Origin: a virus
Lineage: Duplodnaviria > Caudoviricetes
Direction: 5' to 3' (one strand)
DNA: 38,278 nucleotides
Virus record (IMG/VR): IMGVR_UViG_3300025635_000072
Location: 1 to 38,278 of that record
The notes beneath the pieces are model-generated. The model was not told where the DNA came from. It made no database searches and was given only the letters and a program-made list of their open reading frames with translations. Position 1 is the stretch's first letter. Each line of letters begins with the position of its first letter. The position numbers and the translations under genes are program-made. This document shows positions 7,261 to 15,038 of this stretch, piece by piece.

Positions 7261-7788
7261 ATGAATATTGAGAGACTGAAAATTCTAATTGACATTCTTG
7301 AAAATGTCCAGAAGGAACACAAGGAATTTGATCTTAGACATTGGGCTGATATTTCAAATAATATTGAAAATAATGATCCTATTTGTGGCACTACGGCATG
7401 TGCAATGGGCTATGCTGCATTAGACCCGCGTTTTAGTGAATTAGGTCTTCATTTAGTTGCAACTGTTCCATTTAATGAAAGTTATGATGGTGTAGATGCA
7501 CAGTATAACTCCGATCATATCATTAAAGATAATGATGATATGACTAGTCTAATTAAATTGCTTATGGAAAATCCACATGGTATGGATAAGATGGAGTTTT
7601 ATATTGAATATGGAAATCATCAGGATTTTAATGCTGGCGAGAAATTTTTTGATATTAGTAAGTCTACATCTCTTAGTTTATTCTATGCTGGGAGATATGG
7701 AGAATTTAGGGGAGTTGATAAGGTAATTGAACGTATTCAATATCTTGTTGATAATGGTGAAGATAAATTTTTGGGAAAATATAGTTGA
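7261..7788 (+). CDS. CGTTAC-motif phage protein, paralog B
   Basis: CGTTACAMGYAALDPRF; C-terminal VIERIQYLVDNGEDKF; RBS AGGAG. Confidence 0.78.
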   Translation: MNIERLKILIDILENVQKEHKEFDLRHWADISNNIENNDPICGTTACAMGYAALDPRFSELGLHLVATVPFNESYDGVDAQYNSDHIIKDNDDMTSLIKLLMENPHGMDKMEFYIEYGNHQDFNAGEKFFDISKSTSLSLFYAGRYGEFRGVDKVIERIQYLVDNGEDKFLGKYS

Positions 7789-7806
7789 TGATAGGAATAA
7801 TTAAAC

Positions 7807-7959
7807 ATGACTGCCGATGAAGCAATGGAATGGATTAATAAATTTGTTAAGGTTGCGAATCGTTCCGAGGATAGAGTAATGATTGCCCTACGGGATGAAG
7901 TCGAGAGTCTACGTAAGGATATTAGATATCTAGAAACAGTATTATACAGTAAAGTTTAA
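7807..7959 (+). CDS. 50-aa hypothetical helical protein (not in ORF track)
   Basis: MTADEAMEWINKFVKVANRSEDRVMIALRDEVESLRKDIRYLETVLYSKV*; RBS AGGA. Confidence 0.65.
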   Translation: MTADEAMEWINKFVKVANRSEDRVMIALRDEVESLRKDIRYLETVLYSKV

Positions 7960-7984
7960 TTTAAATCATATAGGAGATTACATA

Positions 7985-8275
7985 ATGAACAATACCAATA
8001 CAATTGCCAATGAGACTGTGGATGAAACCACAACTATTTCCCCTACATTTACTAAGCATAATTCTCGGCAGAAGGTTGGGATTAAGCATCGTAATTTTAC
8101 TGCGGATAATGACAATGGGACTTCCCATCGCAAGAACAAGGATAAGAAGAAGGCGCAGTATCTACGCAACGTGGCTACCCGTGCTGCCCTATATTCACAG
8201 TTTCAGGGCAATGCTGGGCGTAATCCAGGGGAATTTCATGCCGCTCTAAAGGCACTCTCCATGGGCACCGCATAG
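7985..8275 (+). CDS. basic hypothetical protein
   Basis: 96-aa ORF with AGGAG RBS; K/R-rich middle section. Confidence 0.7.
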   Translation: MNNTNTIANETVDETTTISPTFTKHNSRQKVGIKHRNFTADNDNGTSHRKNKDKKKAQYLRNVATRAALYSQFQGNAGRNPGEFHAALKALSMGTA

Positions 8276-8474
8276 AGCATATGAGTCGCATATTCTATCA
8301 TTAATTGGATTTGTTATTCTGGCATTTATAGGATATTTCGTAATATTTTCATGGTTCGATAAGGACCTTCCCACAATATATAAATGGGTTATTAATATTA
8401 TGGTATTTATACTCTATATTTTCGTTGCTTTTCGTAGTTATTGATAATTAAGGATTTATATTGGAGATTTAATT

Positions 8475-8777
8475 ATGTGCCATAATCCAGATACAGAGAA
8501 ATATACACAAAGATTGGTTGAATTGACTAATCTCGATAAGAATTGGTATACTAAGGAATATATTTCTCCAATTCCTAACCATGTCGCGGCTAATAACTGC
8601 CAGAAGTGGATTGATGAAAATTATTATACAACTAGAAATTATGTTATTATCATTACTCCAATGATTGATCATGCTGGAATTGAATTAGAATATACTAAGT
8701 TTCGGAGTGATGATAATGGAGATATTGTATATTTCTATAATGACGGCAGAATTGAATACTTATCTGAATTAGAATAA
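8475..8777 (+). CDS. hypothetical protein
   Basis: 100-aa ORF with GGAG RBS. Confidence 0.7.
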   Translation: MCHNPDTEKYTQRLVELTNLDKNWYTKEYISPIPNHVAANNCQKWIDENYYTTRNYVIIITPMIDHAGIELEYTKFRSDDNGDIVYFYNDGRIEYLSELE

Positions 8778-8805
8778 TAATTAGAATAGGAAATTCTAAT
8801 TATTA
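8775..8805. repeat. 13-bp AT-rich inverted repeat
   Basis: TAATAATTAGAAT-aggaa-ATTCTAATTATTA. Confidence 0.6.
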
Positions 8806-8819
8806 CATTTATTATTAGT

Positions 8820-8990
8820 ATGCTATTGATTTTATTTGCATGGAGTGTAGTATATGTTATTATTATTGGAGAACTAATTCAAAATAGTAAAATGAAAAGA
8901 ATGTTTCTTTATACTATTATAGCTACAGTAGCAGGTATTATTGGAGTGAGTGGATTTGTTCAATATTTAGTCTGGAATTATAATCCTTGA
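8820..8990 (+). CDS. 56-aa two-TM small membrane protein
   Basis: MLLILFAWSVVYVIIIGELIQNSKMKRMFLYTIIATVAGIIGVSGFVQYLVWNYNP*. Confidence 0.5.
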   Translation: MLLILFAWSVVYVIIIGELIQNSKMKRMFLYTIIATVAGIIGVSGFVQYLVWNYNP

Positions 8991-9015
8991 CATTCATTTA
9001 AGGTCATGCTATTGT
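8987..9015 (+). promoter_or_regulatory. sigma70-type promoter
   Basis: TTGACA-17 nt (ending TGC)-TATTGT. Confidence 0.6.
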
Positions 9016-9046
9016 AGTCATCTATTCAATATAGAGGATTAGTAAA

Positions 9047-9250
9047 ATGACCTTTGAAATTTATGATCGGGTAATGATCTGCAACACTGTCAAGTCTGAT
9101 ATTGAAAATGCCTTTGGACAAATAATTGGATTCTATACCGATGAATATTATATCGTTCAATTGGATACGCCAATTCGGGGTGGACAAACGGGTGTAGTAA
9201 TAAGTAAACATTGTTTAATTTCAGAACTGTTAGTAACTAAGGAACTATAA
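9047..9250 (+). CDS. small SH3/KOW-like beta protein
   Basis: FEIYDRVMI...GQIIG...YYIVQLD pattern; RBS GAGGA. Confidence 0.6.
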   Translation: MTFEIYDRVMICNTVKSDIENAFGQIIGFYTDEYYIVQLDTPIRGGQTGVVISKHCLISELLVTKEL

Positions 9251-9291
9251 TTCAGTAATCTATAAATCAACTTTATCAATGGAGAATTGCT

Positions 9292-9492
9292 ATGTATGAA
9301 GTAATTATTTACGATTCCGTATTTGGGCGCACAAAGGTAATTGATAAGGCGGATTTTACAAATGAAGATTGCGCCTGGGCATATTATGATCTAAAAATTA
9401 AGGAAAAGAATGAAGATTTGCCATCCAAGGCCAAATTGAAGGTTGAATTTAAGTATACCGGCAACGGTCATATTATTACTCATCCAGAATAA
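9292..9492 (+). CDS. hypothetical protein
   Basis: ORF with GGAG RBS. Confidence 0.65.
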   Translation: MYEVIIYDSVFGRTKVIDKADFTNEDCAWAYYDLKIKEKNEDLPSKAKLKVEFKYTGNGHIITHPE

Positions 9493-9505
9493 GGAGAACA
9501 ATTCC

Positions 9506-9850
9506 ATGGAATTGAAATATTGGCGGAAATATCTAAAAATTCAAAAGGAAAGGTATTATCTAAATTGTAATTATACTCCATCAAATCTATATCAAGTTTG
9601 GGATAATGGATATGATTATGATATTGAGTCTAATGGAAAGTGGCCGTTTCGTGGATATAGTTGTGGATTACGATCATGTGCGCCAGAGGCAATTGATAAA
9701 GTAACCGCACATAAAATGGCTATGTATTACAGGAAATATGGATATGAGAAATATATGCTAAAGTATATCCATAAGAATAAAAAACTTTCTCGAAATAAAT
9801 TCCATAAATATCTAGTTAGTTGGGAATATTTTGGAGAACCTAAACATTAA
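9506..9850 (+). CDS. basic/aromatic hypothetical protein (start revised to ATG 9506)
   Basis: AAGGAG RBS precedes MELKYWRK. Confidence 0.7.
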   Translation: MELKYWRKYLKIQKERYYLNCNYTPSNLYQVWDNGYDYDIESNGKWPFRGYSCGLRSCAPEAIDKVTAHKMAMYYRKYGYEKYMLKYIHKNKKLSRNKFHKYLVSWEYFGEPKH

Positions 9851-9868
9851 ATTGATTAATGCCTGTAT

Positions 9869-9921
9869 ATCCATCACCAGAAAGGATTAGAAATAATCTA
9901 ATTTGGTGATGGATTTTTTTT
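9869..9921 (+). terminator. rho-independent terminator
   Basis: ATCCATCACCAGA...GATTA-GAAA-TAATC...TTTGGTGATGGAT followed by a T run. Confidence 0.85.
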
Positions 9922-9939
9922 ATTTAAAAGATAAAATCA

Positions 9940-9947
9940 TATAAATA
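9940..9947 (+). promoter_or_regulatory. T4-type late (gp55) promoter
   Basis: Exact TATAAATA 30 nt upstream of ATG 9978. Confidence 0.75.
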
Positions 9948-9977
9948 CAATAAAATAGATAAATAGGAAACTCATTT

Positions 9978-10883
9978 ATGGTTATTAGAAATTTTAAAGA
10001 TTTTATCAATAGTTTAATTCTAGAGGAATTACATCCAGAATTACAGAAAATTATTGAAACTCCATCCAGTATTAATCCCAATGATTTAAAGAAACAGACG
10101 TTACTTACTAAGAAAATCCAGGATTTAACCAAGGCAGGGGAGAAGACAGGTATTGAGGGAAACATGCCCCAGGGATCATCCAGGGCTTATCTACAGCATG
10201 ATGAACCTACTCAGGTGATACTAGATGGTCAACCAACCAACCTTAAAATGGGCACTAAAGTTGCTATTACTGCTGATCTAGATAAACATCATAATAAAGA
10301 ATACTATGATGGGCATAGTCTAGGTGCAATGCAAAATAAGGCCGAAGCCGGGGATGGTTGGGTTAATGCAACATATAGAATGTTGCGGGAACATTCCGAA
10401 CGCCCTGGCCATTTTAAATCCAATAAAAATATGGGCATATTTCCCCCATTAATTAAACATGACCATGATACTCATCAATGGTCACAGGTCGGCCATGCTG
10501 AAAATATGAAATCTAAAGATTTTGAAAAATTAACTAAAAATGAAGATTTCCCCAAGGGTATTTCTCATGATGATTTTGTGCATACGTTAGTTAGATCACA
10601 TCAAAGAAGTAATGGTAAATATCATGACCAAACTCCAAATAGAGAAAAAGAGTTAGATAAAATTGAGCAACATCCATTAACTCAGAAATTTCTAGATTAT
10701 CATAATAATACTGGTCATCCACCATATGATTTAATGCAAATTCAAAATATGGGAATATGGCATCATCCAGATGGAAGTAAACATATTGTTGCCAGGGATC
10801 ATGGATTTGATACAGAAGTCATGGATGCATATGCTAAAGCTAAGAGAAAACGGTATGATGATGCTTTTCCTAAAAGTTATTAA
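9978..10883 (+). CDS. putative protein-kinase-fold protein with capsid-targeting-like N-terminus (candidate internal head protein)
   Basis: G66SSR, K94, E123, D251..N257 and D274HG in kinase subdomain order; N-terminal FKDFINSLILEE; late promoter. Confidence 0.65.
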   Translation: MVIRNFKDFINSLILEELHPELQKIIETPSSINPNDLKKQTLLTKKIQDLTKAGEKTGIEGNMPQGSSRAYLQHDEPTQVILDGQPTNLKMGTKVAITADLDKHHNKEYYDGHSLGAMQNKAEAGDGWVNATYRMLREHSERPGHFKSNKNMGIFPPLIKHDHDTHQWSQVGHAENMKSKDFEKLTKNEDFPKGISHDDFVHTLVRSHQRSNGKYHDQTPNREKELDKIEQHPLTQKFLDYHNNTGHPPYDLMQIQNMGIWHHPDGSKHIVARDHGFDTEVMDAYAKAKRKRYDDAFPKSY

Positions 10884-10893
10884 TATTTTCCGC

Positions 10894-10923
10894 TTGACAT
10901 AACCCCTTCACCTATGATAGAAT
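10894..10923 (+). promoter_or_regulatory. sigma70-type promoter (extended -10)
   Basis: TTGACA-18 nt-(TGa)TAGAAT. Confidence 0.65.
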
Positions 10924-10966
10924 CTTCTCTATAATTCAAATATAAAATAGAGAGGATTTTATCAAT

Positions 10967-12055
10967 ATGAATATTGAACGTAATAATGAACGTAAACTTG
11001 CGACTATTAGACAAATTAGTAATATTACTCCAATTCCCGATGCTGATGCAATTGAACTGGCATCTGTTGATGGTTGGAATGTTGTTGTAAAGAAAGATGA
11101 ATTTAAGATTGGCGATCCATGCATCTATATTGAGATTGACTCGTGGGTTCCAAATGAAATTGCTCCCTTTCTATCAAAGGGTAAGCCTCCCAAGGAATAT
11201 CAGGGTATTAAGGGGGAACGTCTAAAGTCAATTATGCTGCGTAAGCAATTAAGTCAGGGACTAATTCTCAGTTATTGGGATTATCCTAAAGTTGTTGATG
11301 CATACCATAAGACACGTCTAGTATCGGAGAATGACGGTGATTTTGACGTTACTGATATTCTTGGCATTGTCAAATGGGAAAAAGAAATTTCTGCTAATCT
11401 TCGGGGAATTGTAAAGGGTAATTTTCCCTCATATATTCCAAAGACAGATCAGACACGAGTCCAGAATATGGGACGAACATTTTCTCATATTCAAGATGAA
11501 AATTATACTTGGGAAGTGACAGAGAAGCTAGATGGTTCCAGTATGACAATCTATCTCAATAAAGATGGAGTGTTTGGTGTATGCTCACGTAATTATGATT
11601 TGGAACGTGATGAAAATAATGCTTATTGGAGGGCTGCGGCATTCAATGGCGTTGATTATGAGGCAATTCTTCGTAACTATGAACGAATGGATATGTATTT
11701 TGCATTACAGGGTGAATTGATTGGGGAAGGTGTTCAGGGCAATCCATATAATCTAAAGGGAACACATTTTTATATTTTCGATATTTTCGATATTGATGAA
11801 CAAAAATATCTATCGGCTATTAATAGAAAGTTAATTATCAGTAATAATGTCGAATTGAGTAGTGTTCCAGTAATTGATCTTAATTATTATATTACTGATT
11901 ATAATTCTAGGGATATTCTGGAAATGGCTGATGGGCATTCTAGAATTAATGATAAAGTATTGCGTGAGGGTTTGGTATTTAAATGTGCGGAAACCCCAGA
12001 TATCTCCTTCAAGGCAATTTCAAATAAGTGGCTTCTCAAAAACGGAGATAAGTAA
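10967..12055 (+). CDS. RNA ligase 2 family (DRB0094-type, N-terminal OB/tRNA-binding domain)
   Basis: RKLATIRQI...PIPDADAIE N-terminus; motif I EKLDGSS; QGELIG; REGLVFK; FKAISNKWL. Confidence 0.9.
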   Translation: MNIERNNERKLATIRQISNITPIPDADAIELASVDGWNVVVKKDEFKIGDPCIYIEIDSWVPNEIAPFLSKGKPPKEYQGIKGERLKSIMLRKQLSQGLILSYWDYPKVVDAYHKTRLVSENDGDFDVTDILGIVKWEKEISANLRGIVKGNFPSYIPKTDQTRVQNMGRTFSHIQDENYTWEVTEKLDGSSMTIYLNKDGVFGVCSRNYDLERDENNAYWRAAAFNGVDYEAILRNYERMDMYFALQGELIGEGVQGNPYNLKGTHFYIFDIFDIDEQKYLSAINRKLIISNNVELSSVPVIDLNYYITDYNSRDILEMADGHSRINDKVLREGLVFKCAETPDISFKAISNKWLLKNGDK

Positions 12056-12432
12056 TGGTATTTGATATTGATCCAAAATTTAATGTTGGAGATATCTTCT
12101 GGGTTCCACGAGTGCATAGAAATACAATCCAGAGAACAGTTATCGTAGATAATAAAGTTTATAGTAGAAACGAAGATATTTTATATCCTACAGCCAAACC
12201 AAAATTGGTTCATAAAATTGAAATTATTATTGTAAAAAAATCTAGAGATAAGAATTATGACGATATTGGTATAGTTTATTATGTAAAATCTATTGCGGGA
12301 TTTATGACAAAATATTCGGGTAAAGATAAATTATTTCATAATGAGGAAAATGCCATGGAATACGCAAAATATTTTCACGAAACATGTCCAAATCAAACTT
12401 ATTATGGTGCGGGGATTGATAATAATGAATAA
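12055..12432 (+). CDS. hypothetical protein (KOW/SH3-like start PKFNVGD)
   Basis: Translationally coupled ORF. Confidence 0.65.
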   Translation: MVFDIDPKFNVGDIFWVPRVHRNTIQRTVIVDNKVYSRNEDILYPTAKPKLVHKIEIIIVKKSRDKNYDDIGIVYYVKSIAGFMTKYSGKDKLFHNEENAMEYAKYFHETCPNQTYYGAGIDNNE

Positions 12433-12459
12433 TTTTAAAAATAATAAAAGGAATAATAC

Positions 12460-12873
12460 ATGAAGGTAGTAGTAGCAGGATCACGAGCAATTAGTGAATT
12501 ATATTATGTTCAATTTGCCATTAAAAGTGCCAATATCTATATTAGTGAATTAGTAAGTGGTGGGGCAAATGGTATTGATAAACTAGGTGAACAATGGGCC
12601 AGGGATAATAATATCAACATTAAATTATTTCCTGCCGATTGGGATCAATATGGTAAATCAGCCGGCCCAATGAGAAATGCAGAAATGGCAGATTATTGTG
12701 ATGCAGCAATTATTATTTGGGATGGTAAATCCAAGGGAACGTTTAATATGATAGAAAATATCAAGAAGCGAAAAAAGCCCTTGCATCTATCCGTCTTTCA
12801 GGTATATAATTGGTGGAAGGATAAGAAGCCTAAAGAACTTAATAAACCACACTATAGCAGAGAATTTCAGTAA
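12460..12873 (+). CDS. YspA/SLOG-family (DUF2493-like) protein
   Basis: MKVVVAGSR, VSGGANGID, FPADW..YGKSAGPMRN, WDGKSKGT. Confidence 0.85.
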   Translation: MKVVVAGSRAISELYYVQFAIKSANIYISELVSGGANGIDKLGEQWARDNNINIKLFPADWDQYGKSAGPMRNAEMADYCDAAIIIWDGKSKGTFNMIENIKKRKKPLHLSVFQVYNWWKDKKPKELNKPHYSREFQ

Positions 12874-12973
12874 ACTAATAATAGTATAAGGAATTAGCGT
12901 CTCTCTACTATTCTTCTGTGCATCAACTTATGCCGCATCTCAGGCATTTAAGTAAAAGAGAAAGTAAATAATT

Positions 12974-13204
12974 ATGCGAGTAAGTGAATTGAAGTCATTA
13001 TTGACACAATTTAATGATAATGATTTAGTAGTAATAGAAAATACTGTAATTACTGGTGTCTCTCGTATTAGAGGAAAGTCTAATACTACGGATTCTAAGG
13101 GTAATAGTATATTTAGACCTAATGATAAAGGTGATGTATTTGCATTGAAGTTCATCCGGTTACAGGAATTGAGTGATGGCAAAATATATGATGTTGTAAT
13201 ATAG
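12974..13204 (+). CDS. hypothetical protein
   Basis: MRVSELKSLL..FNDNDLVVI start, common in small phage proteins. Confidence 0.65.
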   Translation: MRVSELKSLLTQFNDNDLVVIENTVITGVSRIRGKSNTTDSKGNSIFRPNDKGDVFALKFIRLQELSDGKIYDVVI

Positions 13205-13214
13205 GGAATATAAA

Positions 13215-13763
13215 ATGAGCAAAAATAATGGTGGCAATGGTCGGACATGGATAACTTCGGATTTACATTTTTCTCATGCAGGAGTAACTAAGTTTCTCAT
13301 GGAAGATGGAGTTACTAAACTTCGTCCCTGGGATAATATTGAAGATATGGATGAGGAATTAATTAGAAACTTTAATGATCATGTTAAGCCAGGAGATAAA
13401 TGTTATTTTCTTGGAGATATGGTTATTAATAGACGTGGATTGCCTCAAATTGGGCGCCTGAATGGTGATAAGATTCTCATTAAGGGAAATCATGATATTT
13501 TTCGTCTGGATGAATATCTAAAGTATTTTAGGGATATTCGTGCATACCAAATTCAAAATAATATTGTCATGAGTCATATTCCTATTCATTCAGAATCCAA
13601 GGGTAGATTTAGGGCTAATATTCATGGCCATACTCATGCAAATAAAGTAAAGGATCAATACGGAAATATTGATCCATGGTATATTTGTGTTTGTGTAGAA
13701 CAGACTGAATTTAAGCCTGTCCTAGTGAGTGATCTATATGATAGGATTAATAATGGTATCTAA
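13215..13763 (+). CDS. calcineurin-like metallophosphoesterase
   Basis: SDLHFSH, LGD, GNHD, SHIP and HGHTH motifs. Confidence 0.9.
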   Translation: MSKNNGGNGRTWITSDLHFSHAGVTKFLMEDGVTKLRPWDNIEDMDEELIRNFNDHVKPGDKCYFLGDMVINRRGLPQIGRLNGDKILIKGNHDIFRLDEYLKYFRDIRAYQIQNNIVMSHIPIHSESKGRFRANIHGHTHANKVKDQYGNIDPWYICVCVEQTEFKPVLVSDLYDRINNGI

Positions 13764-13995
13764 TACAATAGCAGATAAGATTGCTCAATATAAAGCATAT
13801 AAGGATTTACAGGAAAAATTTAATAATGAAATTGAAAAATTTCTAGTGGAATTAAAGAATTCTTGTGATGGAACATGTGGAAATTATGTAAAATTAAGGA
13901 TTTATACTCCTAGCACATATTATGATAGTGCATATGATACAATTTATATGAATTGTAAAATTTGTGGTAAGTCTGAATATCTCGGAACCATGTAA
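13753..13995 (+). CDS. small protein with C-terminal Cys motif (start revised)
   Basis: CDGTC...CKICG; overlaps the upstream stop. Confidence 0.6.
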   Translation: MVSNTIADKIAQYKAYKDLQEKFNNEIEKFLVELKNSCDGTCGNYVKLRIYTPSTYYDSAYDTIYMNCKICGKSEYLGTM

Positions 13996-14019
13996 TTTCC
14001 GATAATATGGTTTTCATGA

Positions 14020-14048
14020 TTGACATCATAACGATTTTATGATAGAAT
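14020..14048 (+). promoter_or_regulatory. sigma70-type promoter (extended -10)
   Basis: TTGACA-17 nt-(TGa)TAGAAT. Confidence 0.8.
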
Positions 14049-14111
14049 ACGACACTTCCTGATTTAATAGGAAGGACTAAGTTAATAAACAACAATACAA
14101 AAGGAATTAAA

Positions 14112-14366
14112 ATGCAAACTGCAACTATTTCTAATACTAATACTACAACATCTAATGGAACAAAGGCAGATCGGCTTCTTTCAGCACTGAAAAGCGAACA
14201 TGCCCAGGTAAACGGCTTGACATCGCGCCAGATTTCCGCTAGGTTTAGTGTATCGTCTCCCAGGGACCTTATTCATCGTCTTCGTAAGAATGGACATACT
14301 ATTGTTCTAGAGGAAACTGTCACAACTAAAGGTAAATCCAGGCAGAAATATTTTCTGGATGACTAA
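14112..14366 (+). CDS. winged helix-turn-helix DNA-binding protein
   Basis: RLLSALK...LTSRQISARFSVSSPRDLIHRLRKNGHTI...KY. Confidence 0.75.
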   Translation: MQTATISNTNTTTSNGTKADRLLSALKSEHAQVNGLTSRQISARFSVSSPRDLIHRLRKNGHTIVLEETVTTKGKSRQKYFLDD

Positions 14367-14378
14367 TAAACTAACTTA

Positions 14379-14395
14379 ATGTTGCATCGCAGCAT
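14379..14395. promoter_or_regulatory. PhaR/AniA-like operator (imperfect palindrome)
   Basis: ATGTTGCATCGCAGCAT; core TGCATCGCAGCA fits the recalled rhizobial PhaR consensus TGCRNYGCASMA. Confidence 0.5.
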
Positions 14396-14412
14396 ACAGA
14401 AAATATCATAGG

Positions 14413-14441
14413 TAGACATACAAATCTTCGGGTGTTATGAT
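14413..14441 (+). promoter_or_regulatory. sigma70-type promoter of the DUF1127 gene
   Basis: TAGACA-17 nt-(TGt)TATGAT. Confidence 0.6.
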
Positions 14442-14477
14442 ATAGATATCAGTAAATATAACACTAGGAGATTTGAT

Positions 14478-14624
14478 ATGTTACAATTTATTAGAGGCTT
14501 TTTAAATAGACGAAAACAATATAATGAATTAATGAAATTGACTGATAGAGACTTGCATGATATTGGACTTACTAGAAGTCAAGTAATGTTCGATATTAAA
14601 AGAGAATGTGACAGATATATTTAA
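14478..14624 (+). CDS. DUF1127 (YjiS-like) small protein (not in ORF track)
   Basis: MLQFIRGFLNRRKQYNELMKLTDRDLHDIGLTRSQVMFDIKRECDRYI; signature ELxxLxDRxLxDIGLxR; RBS AGGAG. Confidence 0.88.
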   Translation: MLQFIRGFLNRRKQYNELMKLTDRDLHDIGLTRSQVMFDIKRECDRYI

Positions 14625-14644
14625 CCCGTATAAGGATTTATATT

Positions 14645-14737
14645 ATGGATCTTTTGCCTAATGGTTTAATTACTACGACTCTCGTAGTAACTGCCGCAGG
14701 GATTATATTTACAATTATTGCAGCAATTTTGTGTTAA
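14645..14737 (+). CDS. 30-aa single-TM micro-protein
   Basis: MDLLPNGLITTTLVVTAAGIIFTIIAAILC*; TAAGGATTTATATT leader. Confidence 0.6.
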   Translation: MDLLPNGLITTTLVVTAAGIIFTIIAAILC

Positions 14738-14765
14738 TTTTATTATAATTATAGGATCATATATT

Positions 14766-14942
14766 ATGAATGCTTGTGTTATCTTTTTCACTCTGGTATT
14801 ATATGGACAAGTAAATATGGTTGTCCCAAATCTTCCCAATCAAATTACATGCACTAATGTTGGTGATAAAACAATAAAAGAACTAGACTCACTATATAAA
14901 ACTAATAAGTTTAGATATACTTGTGTTACTACTTGTAAGTAA
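14766..14942 (+). CDS. small Cys-containing protein with hydrophobic N-terminus (start revised)
   Basis: AGGA RBS before MNACVIFFTLVLYG. Confidence 0.6.
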   Translation: MNACVIFFTLVLYGQVNMVVPNLPNQITCTNVGDKTIKELDSLYKTNKFRYTCVTTCK

Positions 14943-14952
14943 ATAATATTAA

Positions 14953-15028
14953 TGCGGCGGTAGATCAGTCAGGTTAGATTAATTGACTCATAATCAATAG
15001 GTCGGTGGTTCAAATCCACCCTCCGCAA
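14953..15028 (+). tRNA. tRNA with CAT anticodon (Met; fMet-like acceptor and D arms)
   Basis: TGCGGCGG-TA-GATC-AGTCAGGTTA-GATT-A-ATTGA-CTCATAA-TCAAT-AGGTC-GGTGG-TTCAAAT-CCACC-CTCCGCA-A; no encoded CCA. Confidence 0.85.
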
Positions 15029-15038
15029 TAAATTATAA

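Noticed and set aside
8262-8444. Hydrophobic open frame between ORFs 7985 and 8475
   Set aside because: It looks like a two-TM protein but has no convincing in-frame start with an RBS, so it cannot be supported as a gene.
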